In this document: one piece after another, positions 49,326 through 60,349 of the stretch
Position numbering within the stretch: the first letter of the stretch is position 1
How the letters are laid out: the number at the start of each line of letters is the position of its first letter
Virus record (IMG/VR): IMGVR_UViG_3300027754_003462
DNA from: a virus
Strand: one strand, 5' to 3'
Length of the DNA stretch: 64,000 nucleotides
Program-made: the position numbers and the translations under genes
Notes under the pieces: generated by a model
Told to the model about the DNA's origin: nothing
Database searches by the model: none
What the model saw: only the letters and a program-made list of their open reading frames with translations

Positions 49326-51232
49326 GATGCGGCAATCTCCTGGGCTATCAACCAGATATTTGTGCTGGTCAGTGTGCTACTGGTATTGGATACTCGTTGC
49401 TGTAATTTATAAGTTACCGCACCTGTTGTTCCCGGTGCATCTAGATAACTGTAAGATATAGCACCTGATGCACCAATACCACCAGTTGATACTGTTGTAC
49501 CAACTGTTTGCACTTGCAAACTAGTACTGGGTGATCTAATCAATTGTGTATCAGCAGTGACGTTTGCTCCTGCCAATGCACTAAACTCACTGGTACCAGT
49601 GGCCAAAATCAGCACTTTGCTGGTTGCGCTTGAAGGAGTAATAGTTACGTTTGCATAAGTGACATCAACATAGGATCCACTGTTTGTTACACTGCCGCCC
49701 AGGCTTGAACTCATCACCGTTTGTACCACGGCACCCAAGGGCATGTTGTATGCTGGTAATCTGTTGTTGATGTAGAGATTTTGTGTGTAAGTGTTGCGAA
49801 AATACACACTGCTGGTACCAATGTCATAGGTAACGTTGGCTATTGGTATCAGTGTGCCAGAAATTGCCACGTTGGCTACCACTCCCCCGGCAAAGGCAGG
49901 GCTGGTGGTATCTACCCAATAGTCACTGGTACCATCATCAAGATATTGATACAATACATCATTCACGGTATCGTACCATTGATCAGTTACTTTGGGTGCT
50001 GGGCTTGTGGGAGGTGCTGTATTGGCTGTGTATATTATTCCTGGAGGAACCGGAGTGCCATTGGCATAATAGTAATTGTTTGAAAGTATATTACCGCCAG
50101 TGATGTTGCCCGATGTAGAAATTTTACCGACTGTTAGTATGTTGCCACCAGTTATGTTGCCAGTGGCTGATACTAATCCACCAGTTAATACATTACCACC
50201 TGTGACATTGGCTGTTACACTCACCACAGCACCCAAGAAACTTGATCCAGTGACTGTGCCAGTAGCAGATATCAGCCCACCTGTTAAAATGTTACCACCT
50301 GTGATGTTGGCCGCTGATGTAATAGTCGAAGTGGCAGATATCAAGCCGCCAGTTAATACATTACCGCCTGTGACGTTACCACTCAATGACGCAATGGTAC
50401 CTGTTAAACTTGGCGCATTAACAATAGTAGTAGCAATCACATTGTTAGCATTGACGTTGGCAACCGAAGTAATTGCCCCAGTTGAACTGATCAGGCCACC
50501 AGTTAATACATTACCACTAGTAACATTACCGCTTGCCGAAACCACTCCCGAAACGTATGCACCTGTATTAGAAATTACAGCAACATTGCTGGTGCCATTA
50601 ACCCCCATGGTAATATTGCCATTGGCAGTGGCAATGTTTACATTACTAGTGCCGTTGCTGATGAATGTTGTGTCTACCCCAAACTCACCAACATATCTGT
50701 AGCCAACAACATAAATTGTGTTGGCTGTTCCGGTACCAATAGCAGTTGGTATAGTTGCGCCATTGAAGTTTAGTACGCCAGACTGGTAGTCAAAGAACCA
50801 GGTGTCATCGCTACCGGAACCGGCACCAAACAACTTGGTACCTGTTGTTTGAGGGTTACTTAATCCTGGAGCACCAGCATACACCTGTACCAGGTAGTTG
50901 TCGCCAAACTGTGTGGGAATCCAATTGGTTAGGTTTGTTTTCCAGGTTTGATTGTCAGGTGCTGTTAGATCTTCGGTGCATTGCACTGTGGGACTGTATC
51001 CAGCGCCACCGCCATCTTTGTACACCTGTACCAGTGATGTGGTATTGGCCGGAGGTGAAGCAGGTATGTCTCCACTTTGTGTCCAAATAAGGTCACCACG
51101 ATACAGCAGTGGACTGGCAATGCTTTCGTTGAAGGCTTCTTTGGAAGCAGGCTCGGCTGTTTTGGTTACACCGTAGCCGACCTTTTTCCAAAGGTAGTCA
51201 ATCTTTTGTGATTCGTTAAACGAGGCGGCCAT
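49322..51232 (-). CDS. Fibre/virion protein (636 aa)
   Basis: KIDYLWKK N-domain, WFFDYQSGVL, TGGN repeats and a beta-rich tip ending AQEIA. Confidence 0.7.
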   Translation of the reverse strand: MAASFNESQKIDYLWKKVGYGVTKTAEPASKEAFNESIASPLLYRGDLIWTQSGDIPASPPANTTSLVQVYKDGGGAGYSPTVQCTEDLTAPDNQTWKTNLTNWIPTQFGDNYLVQVYAGAPGLSNPQTTGTKLFGAGSGSDDTWFFDYQSGVLNFNGATIPTAIGTGTANTIYVVGYRYVGEFGVDTTFISNGTSNVNIATANGNITMGVNGTSNVAVISNTGAYVSGVVSASGNVTSGNVLTGGLISSTGAITSVANVNANNVIATTIVNAPSLTGTIASLSGNVTGGNVLTGGLISATSTITSAANITGGNILTGGLISATGTVTGSSFLGAVVSVTANVTGGNVLTGGLVSATGNITGGNILTVGKISTSGNITGGNILSNNYYYANGTPVPPGIIYTANTAPPTSPAPKVTDQWYDTVNDVLYQYLDDGTSDYWVDTTSPAFAGGVVANVAISGTLIPIANVTYDIGTSSVYFRNTYTQNLYINNRLPAYNMPLGAVVQTVMSSSLGGSVTNSGSYVDVTYANVTITPSSATSKVLILATGTSEFSALAGANVTADTQLIRSPSTSLQVQTVGTTVSTGGIGASGAISYSYLDAPGTTGAVTYKLQQRVSNTSSTLTSTNIWLIAQEIAAS

Positions 51233-54200
51233 TAAGCGGCTACTCCTATTGACAAGGCTGTGATAGATTGGCCACTTGCCAATGCAATTCTAATTAAAAT
51301 GTTGTTGCCAGTACTGTTAGCGGCATTTTGAGATCCCAGAGTCATTGTGTATCCTACGTTGGCAATTGCTGTATTTAACGGTATCACATCCGCGCCGGTC
51401 AAGGCACAACCGTTTGAGCCATTGCCACCAGTACCACTGGCAGCACCCGGAACTCCTGATCCAGCATACTGTGTGTATGTTTCCAGCCATCCGTTGATGG
51501 TACTGGTAGGTCCTGGGAATCCCGGAGTGGGCGATGAGAATCCACTCTTGTCTATTGTTGTGCCCGGTGCCGCTACCCAAACTCCTGCAACACCTGTGGT
51601 TGTGGTCAATCTAATGTCAAAGTTGGCCAGGCTTGGTCTTGCAAATGCAAAAGTAAAATACTGTGTGCTTGTACGGCCGCCAGTGATTGACAAGTTTGGT
51701 CCTACTGGCAAGTATCCTGTGCTCAAGTCAACAGCATATTGCGTGAGTACACCATACCGCACCACAGCCTCTGGTGTGCCGGCAATGGTTTGTGCTCCAG
51801 ACCAAGCGTTGGCTGTGTAATAATTAGTTGAGTCAGAAAACACTGGAGTGTTGCCTGCTGTGCTCATCACAATACGTATGGCCGCTTGTGTGTTGGCAGT
51901 AGGTGTGCAAGTGATTGACTGCTCGTTCACCCCAGAGTTTGCGCCAGCATACATCTGTATCTTGGTTGGCAATTGTACGGTGGTACCAGTTCCAATCACG
52001 TTGAGTACGTTGGCCTGCAAGGTGCTCACGCTGTTGTTTGCACCGGTAATGTTGCCGGTCAAATTACCAAAAGTGTAGTTTGCACTGACGCCAATGTTGG
52101 CCTTGACGTTGCTACCGGTCAACATACTGTTGCCTGCATTGTCAAGTTGTGCCAGAGTCTTGGTCTGAGTTGCCGATAACACTGCACCCGAACCTTCGTA
52201 TACCGTACCACTGGCCAATGTAAAAGGCGTAGCACTGGTATAAGTTTGACCTGCTAGATTGCTGACCTCTAGATTGGCAATTGTGATTGCAGGTGAGCCT
52301 GTGTTGTAGTAAGGAATTCCTGAAATGTATCTGTAGGTTCCTGCTGTGGACTCGACCATCAACACGTTACTAGTAACTAGGCTGGGTGCTGTGTTCAAAT
52401 TGTCTTTGACAAAGCCCACATAGTTGGTGTTGCCTGATACTGAGTGTACCATTTTGTAATTGTTATAGCCTGTGCTCAAACTGCTCAATGTACAACTTAC
52501 GTTGGCGCTGAACACTTTGTAGAAGTAACTGGGTACTGCGGCATTGGCCACGTGCAAGTCTTGGTCGGCCGACACAACCAAAGCGCCCGATGTTCCAACA
52601 GTGTTACTTACATTGCTAAATGACACATTGCCAGCGGCCGTATTATTTACATACGCAGTCAGTGTTCCTGTTACCGCTGTGTTGGCATTTTGTACGTTGG
52701 CACTGGTTGTGATAGTTGCTGTTGTTGCAAAACGTGTGACACTTGTGCCGTTGGCCGGAATGTTTCCACCTGATGCGTCAGCGGCACCGGCTGCCAACAA
52801 TGGACTTGTGCCCTGGCTGGCATTGGCAATGGTCAAATTGGCAAAGCCGCTCAGTGCAGTGGGTGCAGTAGGGTTAGCGGCAATAAAGATATAACCTGTA
52901 GTACTCAAAGTATTACTCTGTGCTGTACTGGTTATGCCATTGGGTGTTCCGTTGGCCTGTAGTGACACAGTAAAGGCGCCAGTACCGGTATAGGTGTGCA
53001 GTGTGTTGCCCACGTTGCTTACGCCGTTGCTGAATGTGGCGTCGCCCCAGGTCCAGTTGGCAATATTGCTGTTCTCGCTGGTGTTCTGGAATGTAAAAGT
53101 AGACCGATTGGCACCGTTGTAGTCAGTGTAGAGATAGCCAACTCTAGCGTTGCCTGTATTGGCAGTGGCATTGGTAGTGACGTTGGCAGTGGTTCCAACA
53201 AAGTTGGCACGAGTCTGTGGTTCAATTGTGATTGTGATGTTGCCACTCTTGAATGGGCTGGTACTATAACCGGTGTACAAGGACAAGTTTGCAGTGAACT
53301 GTTGATAGATGTTGCCTGATTGATTGGCCGCACTCAACGCAAAGGTATTGGTAACGTTGGCAGCGCCAGGGTTGCCAGCAGTACCAGATGCAACAACCAC
53401 GTTGCTGACATTGCCGTCACCGTAGTTTAGATAATAATACTGTTGTGCACCAAAACTTGCTGTGTTACCTGGCGCACCGTTTGAATCGTTTCTAAAACTT
53501 ATCACACCTGATCCATTGATCACATTGGCTCGGTTGGCAGTGACAAACACATTGCTGGCCTGTGATGAGTAAACTTTGACATTGGTGTTGGATGATGTCA
53601 CACTCACCGGAGTGGCACCTGCATTGGCACTGTTACCTGTTAGGTTAACTCCGTACAACACATCAGTGTTGGCCGTAGCATTGGTAAATGTATGACTTGC
53701 TGTGGTCCAGTTGTTGGCTGGAATCACAATGGTGCCATCACCCCAGTTGATTGAGTAAGTTTCTGCGTACAAACTGCTGTTGGTTATCAGCACACCGCCA
53801 GGGGTGTCCAACGTTGTTCGGTTGGCAGTGAACGATGGTATTGGAGTAGGCGTATACAATGTTATTGTGGTAGACGCTGTGCTGGTTGATCCTTTGGCTC
53901 CATTGGCCACATTTCCATTGTAGGTTCCATTGGTGTTGTATGCGGTGTAGGTCACTGTGAATGTACCACCAGATACATTGCTGAATGTGTGTACAGCGTT
54001 GGCTGTGGTTGCATTGGCAGTACCATCACCAAATTGCCACAAGTAAGCGTTGGGGTTACCGACGTAACGGCCTGTTAGTGCCACACTCAATGGACTTGGT
54101 CCTGAACTCACGTTGGCAGTGATATAAGCGTTGCCCACATAGGTACTGTTGGCTATGTTCAGTGCCACTTGATTCAAGTCATCTAGGCCATCTGTGACAA

Positions 54201-57200
54201 AAGTTGCTGTGGTCCAACCTGGGTAGGCCACGTTTTGTACAAGATTACCATCTGTTGGTGTACCCAGTGTTATTGTGTTACCTTGACCACCGGCGGCAAT
54301 AACACCAGTTAGAGCAGAACCATTGCCAAGGAAATAATTACCAGAAATATTACCAGTTGCTGAAACTATTCCGGCTGTTAATATGTTGCCACCGGTTATG
54401 TTGGCTGTGGCACTGATAACACCACCTGTCAGCAAATTTCCACCGGTTACATTAGCAGTTAAACTTACACTTGTACCAGTTGCCGCGCCAATATTTGGCG
54501 TTGTGAGATTGGCACTGGCCTTGACAATAATATTGCCTGATCCATCAAACGCTGTGGTGTTGTTGTCCACCAAGGCATTGAATTGCGATCCCACAAGGCT
54601 TAGGCCAGCACTGTTGTTGGCAGTATAACTGCCGGCACTGGAGAATTGTGTCCAAACAATAGCGGTTGTGCCAATTACCACCGGCGCATTTGTAGTACAC
54701 ACATATCCAGAATCGGCATTGACTGAGCCCAACTCAACAAAAACAAATGCTCCAGGTACTTCGGCAGCCTGATTCATGTCGGCAGAACGAGTCAATACGT
54801 ATGAGGATCCTGCATCGTTGGCGGTGACTGTATAGATACCGTTGTATGGAGCATTACCACCAGTTTCATTCTTGATCAACACTCGATCACCAACTGTGGG
54901 TGAGGTTCCATCAATAGTTAATAAGCCTGAGGCAGATCCAGTTATGGTTGCACCAACTCCGGCAGTTCCGTTGTTGTAGGTATAAGCAGGTAGTGTGGTG
55001 GCTGTGGCCAAAGAAACGGATGCTTTGGGATCAAGTCCTTGCGCCACATTGTCAACATAGGCTTTGGTTGCGGCATCTTGGTCTTGCACCGGGTCAGCAA
55101 GATTTCTAATAATTTTATTGCTGACCAGAATATTTCCAACGGAGTTTAACGTCAAATCACCATTGGTAGCAATTGTCAATGAGACGCCAACTATACTATT
55201 GGTGTTAATATTGCCGCCAGTGATATTGCCAGTTGCCGAAATCAATCCACCTGTTAGGACATTGCCACCAGTTATGTTAGCGGCACTAGTGATAGTACCG
55301 GTTGCAGATATCAATCCACCTGTTAGGACATTGCCACCAGTAATATTTGCCGCACTGGTGATTGTTGATGTAGCACTGATTAATCCACCAGTTAGTAAGT
55401 TGCCGCTGATAATATTACCAGTTGCTGTGATTAAACCTGCGGTTTGTAAATTACCAACAGTTGCATTGCCAGTTGCTGTGATTAGTCCGGCGGTAATTAA
55501 GTTGCCACCAGTAATATTGGCTGCCGAAGTAATGGTTGAAGTAGCACTGATTAGGCCACCGCTAAGTAAATTACCAGTTGTGGTATTGCCGCTAACACTT
55601 AAACTTGTTAATATGCCAACACTTGTAATATTGGCTTGTGCATTGTTTGTTACTGTTCCTGCTGAATCAGCATAGGTAGCATTGGCCACGGTGCCTGTTA
55701 CGTTGGCACCAGTTAAACTTGTTAACCCAGCACCATTGCCAATGAACACATTGCCTTGGATGTTGCCTATTGCTGATATTAGCCCACCAGTTAATACATT
55801 ACCACCAATTATGTTGGCAGCACTGGTAATAGTCGATGTGGCTGATATAAGACCAGCAGTTAAAACGTTGCCGCCGGTAACATTGCCACTTGCACTCAAT
55901 ACGCCAGTGATGTATTCTCCAGTTGTGGCAAACACAGCAACATTTGCTGTTCCTCCGACTCCAACAGTGATGTTGCCACCCGAACTCACAACGGTAACAT
56001 TACTTGTGCCATTATTAATATTGGCAACGCTTGTGATAACGCCGGTCAACAGCGCACCATTACCGAGAATATAGTTACCACTTACATTGCCTACAGCACT
56101 TATCAATCCGCCTGTTATAACATTGCCACCAGTTACATTCGAAGTTGTTGTTACAGGGCCAGTTAAGCTGACCAGGTTGCCAGAATATGTTGGCAAGTAA
56201 TTGGCCACATCGGTATTTGAGTATCCTGCTGGTAAGCCAGTAATTAGAGCACCATTGCCCAGCAAATAGTTGCCGGCAATGTTGCCAGTGGCACTTACTT
56301 GTCCAGTAATGTAGGCACCAGTAGGGGCAAAAACCGCAACATTACTAGTTCCAGTTACACCAACTGTGACATTACCGTTTGCATTGACTGTGACGTTGCT
56401 GTTGCCGTTTGTGATTGCGGCGCCAGCACTTGCTATAATACCTGTCAGTTGCGAGCCGTTACCAATGAAGTAATTGCCTGTGACATTGCCAGTGGTCCTA
56501 ATGTTACCAACTGCACTTATTGTACCACCAGTGAGTAAATTCCCAGTTTGAGTATTACCAGTCACGCTTAGATTTGCCAGTACGCCAACTTCGCTTGCTT
56601 GTATTCCAGTCAGTTGACGACCATTACCAATAAAGTAATTTGTGGTTGTAATGTTGCCAGTAGCACTCACCACTCCAGCAGTTAATAAGTTGCCACCGGT
56701 GGCATTGCCAGTGACAGTAACTGAAGTTAAGGTGCCAACTGAGGTAATGTTGGGTTGTGCCGCCGTGGTCACTGTGCCTGCTGTGGTTGCCGATCCAGCG
56801 GTAACAGCGTAGGTAGCATTGGCCACGGTACCCGTGACATTGGCACCTGCTACGGTGTTTGCTGTATTAGCGTAGGTGGCTGTGGTTGCGGTGCCAGCGG
56901 TTACGGCATAGGTGGCATTGGCCACAGAGCCTGTGATATTTCCGCCTGGTATATTGGTTAGACCGGCACCTGATCCAATAAACCGCCCAGTGGTAGTGAT
57001 ATTACCAACAACGTCTAAGTATAATAAATCATCTACAACTTTTAAACTTGAATACAATACATTAGAACTTAGTACATCACCAATCAATGCGTTGGCATTG
57101 ACATTTGTTGCAGACACCCCTGTTAGTAATGCGCCGTTACCAATAAAGTAATTGCCAGTTATGTTTCCAACGGCACTGATTTTACCGCCAGTTAGTATAT

Positions 57201-58686
57201 TTCCTGCGGTGGTATTGCCTGACACCGCAACCGATGTCAAGGTACCAACTGAAGTTATATTAGGTTGTGCGGCAGTAGTTACTGTACCTGCGGTAGTGGC
57301 AGTTGTTGCTGTGGTAGCACTACCAGCGGTAGTAGCATAAGTGGCATTGGCCACGGTGCCAGATACATTTGCACCAGCCACAGCATTTGCCGTATTGGCA
57401 TATGTGGCAGTATTGGCGGTATTAGCACTGGTGGCACTACCAGCGATAGTAGCGTAGGTAGCATTGGCCACAGTACCTGTGACATTGGCTCCTGCGACCG
57501 AATATGCTGTACCTGCTATGTTAGCATAGGTGGCATTGGCCACCGACCCTACTATATTAGCACCCAGTAGGTTGGTTAAGCCGGCACCCGAACCGATAAA
57601 TCTGCCTTGAGTAGTTACATTACCAACCACATCCAAATACAGTAGATCATCTACTACTTGCAGACTTGAGTATAATACATTTGAACTGAGTGTGGTTCCC
57701 ACCAAAGCATTGGCATTCACACCCGAAGTTGATATACCAGTTAGTAATGCACCGTTACCAATAAAGTAATTGCCAGTGATATTACCAGTTGCAGTCAACG
57801 AAGTCAGTGTACCAACTGAAGTAATGTTTGGTTGTGCATTGGTATACACTGTGCCTGCTATGGCGGCGTTGGCAACTTGTCCAGTAACATTGGCTGCTGG
57901 TATATTTGTTAACCCTGCACCAGATCCAATAAATCTACCCTGAGTTGTTACATTACCAACCACATCTAGATACAGTAGATCATCTACAACTTGCAGACTT
58001 GAGTATAATACATTGGAACTGAGTGTGGTTCCAGTCAGCGCCGCGGCTGCAATATTGGTTGCGGTTATGCCTGTTAAGAAAGCACCATTGCCAATAAAAT
58101 AATTACCAGCAACATTGGCGGTGGTGGTTATGTTGCCAACAGCAGAAATGCGGCCTGAACTGATTAAGTTGTTGCCGGTAATGTTGGCCACACTTGTGAT
58201 ATTGCCAGTCACTCCCAAGAAGCCGCCGGTAATGACATTACCAGCCACAACGTTGGCTGTGGTTATAACTGGGCCAGTTAAGCTAACAAGATTACCAGTA
58301 TATGTGGGCAAGAAGGCTGCTACATTGGCATTGTTATACGTGGTATTAGCCACAATTCCAGTGATTAATGCACCGTTACCAACTAGGTAATCACCATAGA
58401 TATATTGAAATGTTCTGTCCGGGGCGCCAAGATCGTAAACACCTGATGTGCCAGGAACAATGGTACTATTGGCTTGTATGTTGCCAATACCGTTGCCGGC
58501 CAGAGTTAGCCCTAGATTAGTAACTGTGGTAGTAACTATGTTGCCAGAGATTTTTACTTGACTGCCAACCGGACCGGCAGTCCAGATCTGCGTAAAATTG
58601 TCATTTACTGCGGTAAATGCTTCGCGTAAGGGCTCACCTGTGCCATCGTTGGCATTTGCCCCTACATCTATTATCTGTTGTGTCAT
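51232..58686 (-). CDS. Giant virion fibre/adhesin (2484 aa) with PKD-like domains
   Basis: IDVG..ANDGTGEPLR.AF..N.NF anchor motif, TGGN repeats and WQFGDG/WGDG/YGDG/WTWGD PKD-like motifs. Confidence 0.8.
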   Translation of the reverse strand: MTQQIIDVGANANDGTGEPLREAFTAVNDNFTQIWTAGPVGSQVKISGNIVTTTVTNLGLTLAGNGIGNIQANSTIVPGTSGVYDLGAPDRTFQYIYGDYLVGNGALITGIVANTTYNNANVAAFLPTYTGNLVSLTGPVITTANVVAGNVITGGFLGVTGNITSVANITGNNLISSGRISAVGNITTTANVAGNYFIGNGAFLTGITATNIAAAALTGTTLSSNVLYSSLQVVDDLLYLDVVGNVTTQGRFIGSGAGLTNIPAANVTGQVANAAIAGTVYTNAQPNITSVGTLTSLTATGNITGNYFIGNGALLTGISTSGVNANALVGTTLSSNVLYSSLQVVDDLLYLDVVGNVTTQGRFIGSGAGLTNLLGANIVGSVANATYANIAGTAYSVAGANVTGTVANATYATIAGSATSANTANTATYANTANAVAGANVSGTVANATYATTAGSATTATTATTAGTVTTAAQPNITSVGTLTSVAVSGNTTAGNILTGGKISAVGNITGNYFIGNGALLTGVSATNVNANALIGDVLSSNVLYSSLKVVDDLLYLDVVGNITTTGRFIGSGAGLTNIPGGNITGSVANATYAVTAGTATTATYANTANTVAGANVTGTVANATYAVTAGSATTAGTVTTAAQPNITSVGTLTSVTVTGNATGGNLLTAGVVSATGNITTTNYFIGNGRQLTGIQASEVGVLANLSVTGNTQTGNLLTGGTISAVGNIRTTGNVTGNYFIGNGSQLTGIIASAGAAITNGNSNVTVNANGNVTVGVTGTSNVAVFAPTGAYITGQVSATGNIAGNYLLGNGALITGLPAGYSNTDVANYLPTYSGNLVSLTGPVTTTSNVTGGNVITGGLISAVGNVSGNYILGNGALLTGVITSVANINNGTSNVTVVSSGGNITVGVGGTANVAVFATTGEYITGVLSASGNVTGGNVLTAGLISATSTITSAANIIGGNVLTGGLISAIGNIQGNVFIGNGAGLTSLTGANVTGTVANATYADSAGTVTNNAQANITSVGILTSLSVSGNTTTGNLLSGGLISATSTITSAANITGGNLITAGLITATGNATVGNLQTAGLITATGNIISGNLLTGGLISATSTITSAANITGGNVLTGGLISATGTITSAANITGGNVLTGGLISATGNITGGNINTNSIVGVSLTIATNGDLTLNSVGNILVSNKIIRNLADPVQDQDAATKAYVDNVAQGLDPKASVSLATATTLPAYTYNNGTAGVGATITGSASGLLTIDGTSPTVGDRVLIKNETGGNAPYNGIYTVTANDAGSSYVLTRSADMNQAAEVPGAFVFVELGSVNADSGYVCTTNAPVVIGTTAIVWTQFSSAGSYTANNSAGLSLVGSQFNALVDNNTTAFDGSGNIIVKASANLTTPNIGAATGTSVSLTANVTGGNLLTGGVISATANITGGNILTAGIVSATGNISGNYFLGNGSALTGVIAAGGQGNTITLGTPTDGNLVQNVAYPGWTTATFVTDGLDDLNQVALNIANSTYVGNAYITANVSSGPSPLSVALTGRYVGNPNAYLWQFGDGTANATTANAVHTFSNVSGGTFTVTYTAYNTNGTYNGNVANGAKGSTSTASTTITLYTPTPIPSFTANRTTLDTPGGVLITNSSLYAETYSINWGDGTIVIPANNWTTASHTFTNATANTDVLYGVNLTGNSANAGATPVSVTSSNTNVKVYSSQASNVFVTANRANVINGSGVISFRNDSNGAPGNTASFGAQQYYYLNYGDGNVSNVVVASGTAGNPGAANVTNTFALSAANQSGNIYQQFTANLSLYTGYSTSPFKSGNITITIEPQTRANFVGTTANVTTNATANTGNARVGYLYTDYNGANRSTFTFQNTSENSNIANWTWGDATFSNGVSNVGNTLHTYTGTGAFTVSLQANGTPNGITSTAQSNTLSTTGYIFIAANPTAPTALSGFANLTIANASQGTSPLLAAGAADASGGNIPANGTSVTRFATTATITTSANVQNANTAVTGTLTAYVNNTAAGNVSFSNVSNTVGTSGALVVSADQDLHVANAAVPSYFYKVFSANVSCTLSSLSTGYNNYKMVHSVSGNTNYVGFVKDNLNTAPSLVTSNVLMVESTAGTYRYISGIPYYNTGSPAITIANLEVSNLAGQTYTSATPFTLASGTVYEGSGAVLSATQTKTLAQLDNAGNSMLTGSNVKANIGVSANYTFGNLTGNITGANNSVSTLQANVLNVIGTGTTVQLPTKIQMYAGANSGVNEQSITCTPTANTQAAIRIVMSTAGNTPVFSDSTNYYTANAWSGAQTIAGTPEAVVRYGVLTQYAVDLSTGYLPVGPNLSITGGRTSTQYFTFAFARPSLANFDIRLTTTTGVAGVWVAAPGTTIDKSGFSSPTPGFPGPTSTINGWLETYTQYAGSGVPGAASGTGGNGSNGCALTGADVIPLNTAIANVGYTMTLGSQNAANSTGNNILIRIALASGQSITALSIGVAA

Positions 58687-58741
58687 AGGTAAACCATATC
58701 CTCTGGGGTATTTACCTAAACCCCACAGTCTAAGTTTTTGG

Positions 58742-59326
58742 CTATATTTCTTTGTTTACTAGACGATTTTGAAAATCTGCCATTTGCATGTGTGCTAGAT
58801 TGGCTACCCCTAACAATTCACGTACCTCTGCAGTGGTATCTCCCACTACTCTAAAGAAACTAGTCTTGGGATGGTCTTTCATTATGGTTTGTAACTGTCT
58901 GACCCAGTTGCCAGTAAAAGTGGGATTGGCAGAACTTTTTTTGTAGAACTCTGTGTCAGCATAGCAGTTATTAAATCTGCCGGTGCGTGTAGGACCTAGG
59001 TCAAATCCTATTAGATATATAGCCGTTGCCCCATCAATTGCGGCTTGTGATACCGCTACAGGTCCAGAACTGTAGCCAAAGTATTTTTGTGCTATTCGTC
59101 TTGCGCCAGAGTCTGGCAATGGCTTGCGTGTGTAATAAGTGTTTTTCTGGCTATAGCCTTCGTGCTGAATTCTTTCACTTATGGGGGTGTCTGTGCTGAT
59201 CAACACATCGGGCACAAACTCACGATAGATAGCATTGCACCCATAGGTGATTCCTAGTGTTTTCAACGTTGTTAAATCTACTGCTTGTCGGCTTATGCCG
59301 TTACCTAACACAAATGCTGCGGCCAT
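58742..59326 (-). CDS. CstII/Maf-like (GT42/GT29/DUF115-type) glycosyltransferase-fold protein
   Basis: VLGNGIS, GCNAIY and SSG..A...A...G...IYLIGFD match the motif order of CstII-type sialyltransferases. Confidence 0.6.
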   Translation of the reverse strand: MAAAFVLGNGISRQAVDLTTLKTLGITYGCNAIYREFVPDVLISTDTPISERIQHEGYSQKNTYYTRKPLPDSGARRIAQKYFGYSSGPVAVSQAAIDGATAIYLIGFDLGPTRTGRFNNCYADTEFYKKSSANPTFTGNWVRQLQTIMKDHPKTSFFRVVGDTTAEVRELLGVANLAHMQMADFQNRLVNKEI

Positions 59327-59360
59327 AAAAAAATCCTCCCAGTATATAGCCAGGAGGATT
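59327..59360 (-). terminator. Terminator hairpin with TATATA in the loop and the SD in the 3' arm
   Basis: AATCCTCCTGG-CTATATA-CTGGGAGGATT-TTTTT-ATG. Confidence 0.75.
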
Positions 59361-59375
59361 GTTGGGGGTTACAAA

Positions 59376-60215
59376 TTAACTTGTAACGCTGGCAATCTGT
59401 GCCAATTGCAATGTACCGTTTTGTGCTTGAGCACTAGAAATAACTTCTGCACCAGACCATGTGACATTACCTTCATCAGTAAAGAAGTTTGTTACGTAGA
59501 AGTTTTCACTAGATTGTACGTTTGTGCCAAGATTAGCGTTAGCATAGCTGGCAGTTGTCATACCGTTCCAGTCACGTACCCACTTGTTAGTAATGTAACT
59601 AGCATATACTGCGCTCGAGTCGCCCACCGAGTAAGCAATGCTCATGTAACCAGATGCCGGAGTGGCGGTGTTAGACAACACACACTGACCGACTGGGTAT
59701 GCTGTGCCTGATCCAGAACCGATAGCAGTAACAGTAAATACGTCGCCAACTGCGGCGCCGTTTGGTGCACCACATGCTTGCCAATTTGTTGTTCCAAGAA
59801 CGGCAATTTGATAGGCTTGACCAATGATCATGTCTTCATCAGCAGTGGTTGCGTATGTGTATGCAACCAGAAACTTGTGTGAACCTTTTTGGCGGATAAT
59901 ACGACCTGTATATTGACTAGCAAGAGCATATGTGGCAGTACCGTCTGCCAGGGTAATGTTTACTTTTGCGGCAATTTCTGGAAATGTTGCGCTGGCAGTG
60001 CTGGTAGCAGGTGAGCCACCAACCACACCCAAGAACTGAGTGCTATCTAGTGTTTGAACTGGTGTGTTGTAAACTGGATCTGTTAACGATCCAAAGTTAG
60101 GAAAACCAGCGTCTGTCAAGACGTTTTGGTTGTATGAGGTAACCACTGGATCAGATCCAGAAACAGTGGTTCCAGAACCAATGTTTGTTTTTTGTATTTT
60201 AAGAGCTCTTCCCAT
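59376..60215 (-). CDS. Probable virion structural protein
   Basis: MGR.LK start with strong TAAGGAG SD, IIRQKGSHKFLV motif, T/S/A/G-rich. Late promoter upstream. Confidence 0.65.
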   Translation of the reverse strand: MGRALKIQKTNIGSGTTVSGSDPVVTSYNQNVLTDAGFPNFGSLTDPVYNTPVQTLDSTQFLGVVGGSPATSTASATFPEIAAKVNITLADGTATYALASQYTGRIIRQKGSHKFLVAYTYATTADEDMIIGQAYQIAVLGTTNWQACGAPNGAAVGDVFTVTAIGSGSGTAYPVGQCVLSNTATPASGYMSIAYSVGDSSAVYASYITNKWVRDWNGMTTASYANANLGTNVQSSENFYVTNFFTDEGNVTWSGAEVISSAQAQNGTLQLAQIASVTS

Positions 60216-60349
60216 TTGATTTCTCCTTATAGAAGCCCAATGTGCGTTCCAGGCACTACGCAGGGGAAACCTGCATAAAACACCGTATTGTGTTGACAAG
60301 TATTTAGCGAAAATGTAAAATAGAATGTCACCACAGCGTAAATATCCCT

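Larger units (their letters stand above)
33966..58686 (-). repeat. Coding tandem/dispersed repeat family (17-23 aa units) shared by six fibre genes
   Basis: Recurrent 'ccacctgtgatgttggc' type units on the + strand. Some blocks of 90-99 nt are exactly identical between genes. Confidence 0.9.

Noticed and set aside
34399-58390. Many plus-strand ORFs of the MLPPVMLA/PPV type
   Set aside because: They are antisense shadows of the repeat fibre genes. They mirror the repeat period and lack SD or promoter signals.
33966-58686. CRISPR array
   Set aside because: The repeats are in-frame, degenerate at third codon positions and have no unique spacers. No cas genes are present.
33966-58686. Diversity-generating retroelement or shufflon acting on fibres
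   Set aside because: No reverse transcriptase or invertase is in the window. The duplicated blocks are direct and exact, without adenine-specific mismatches, and all lie in coding sequence.
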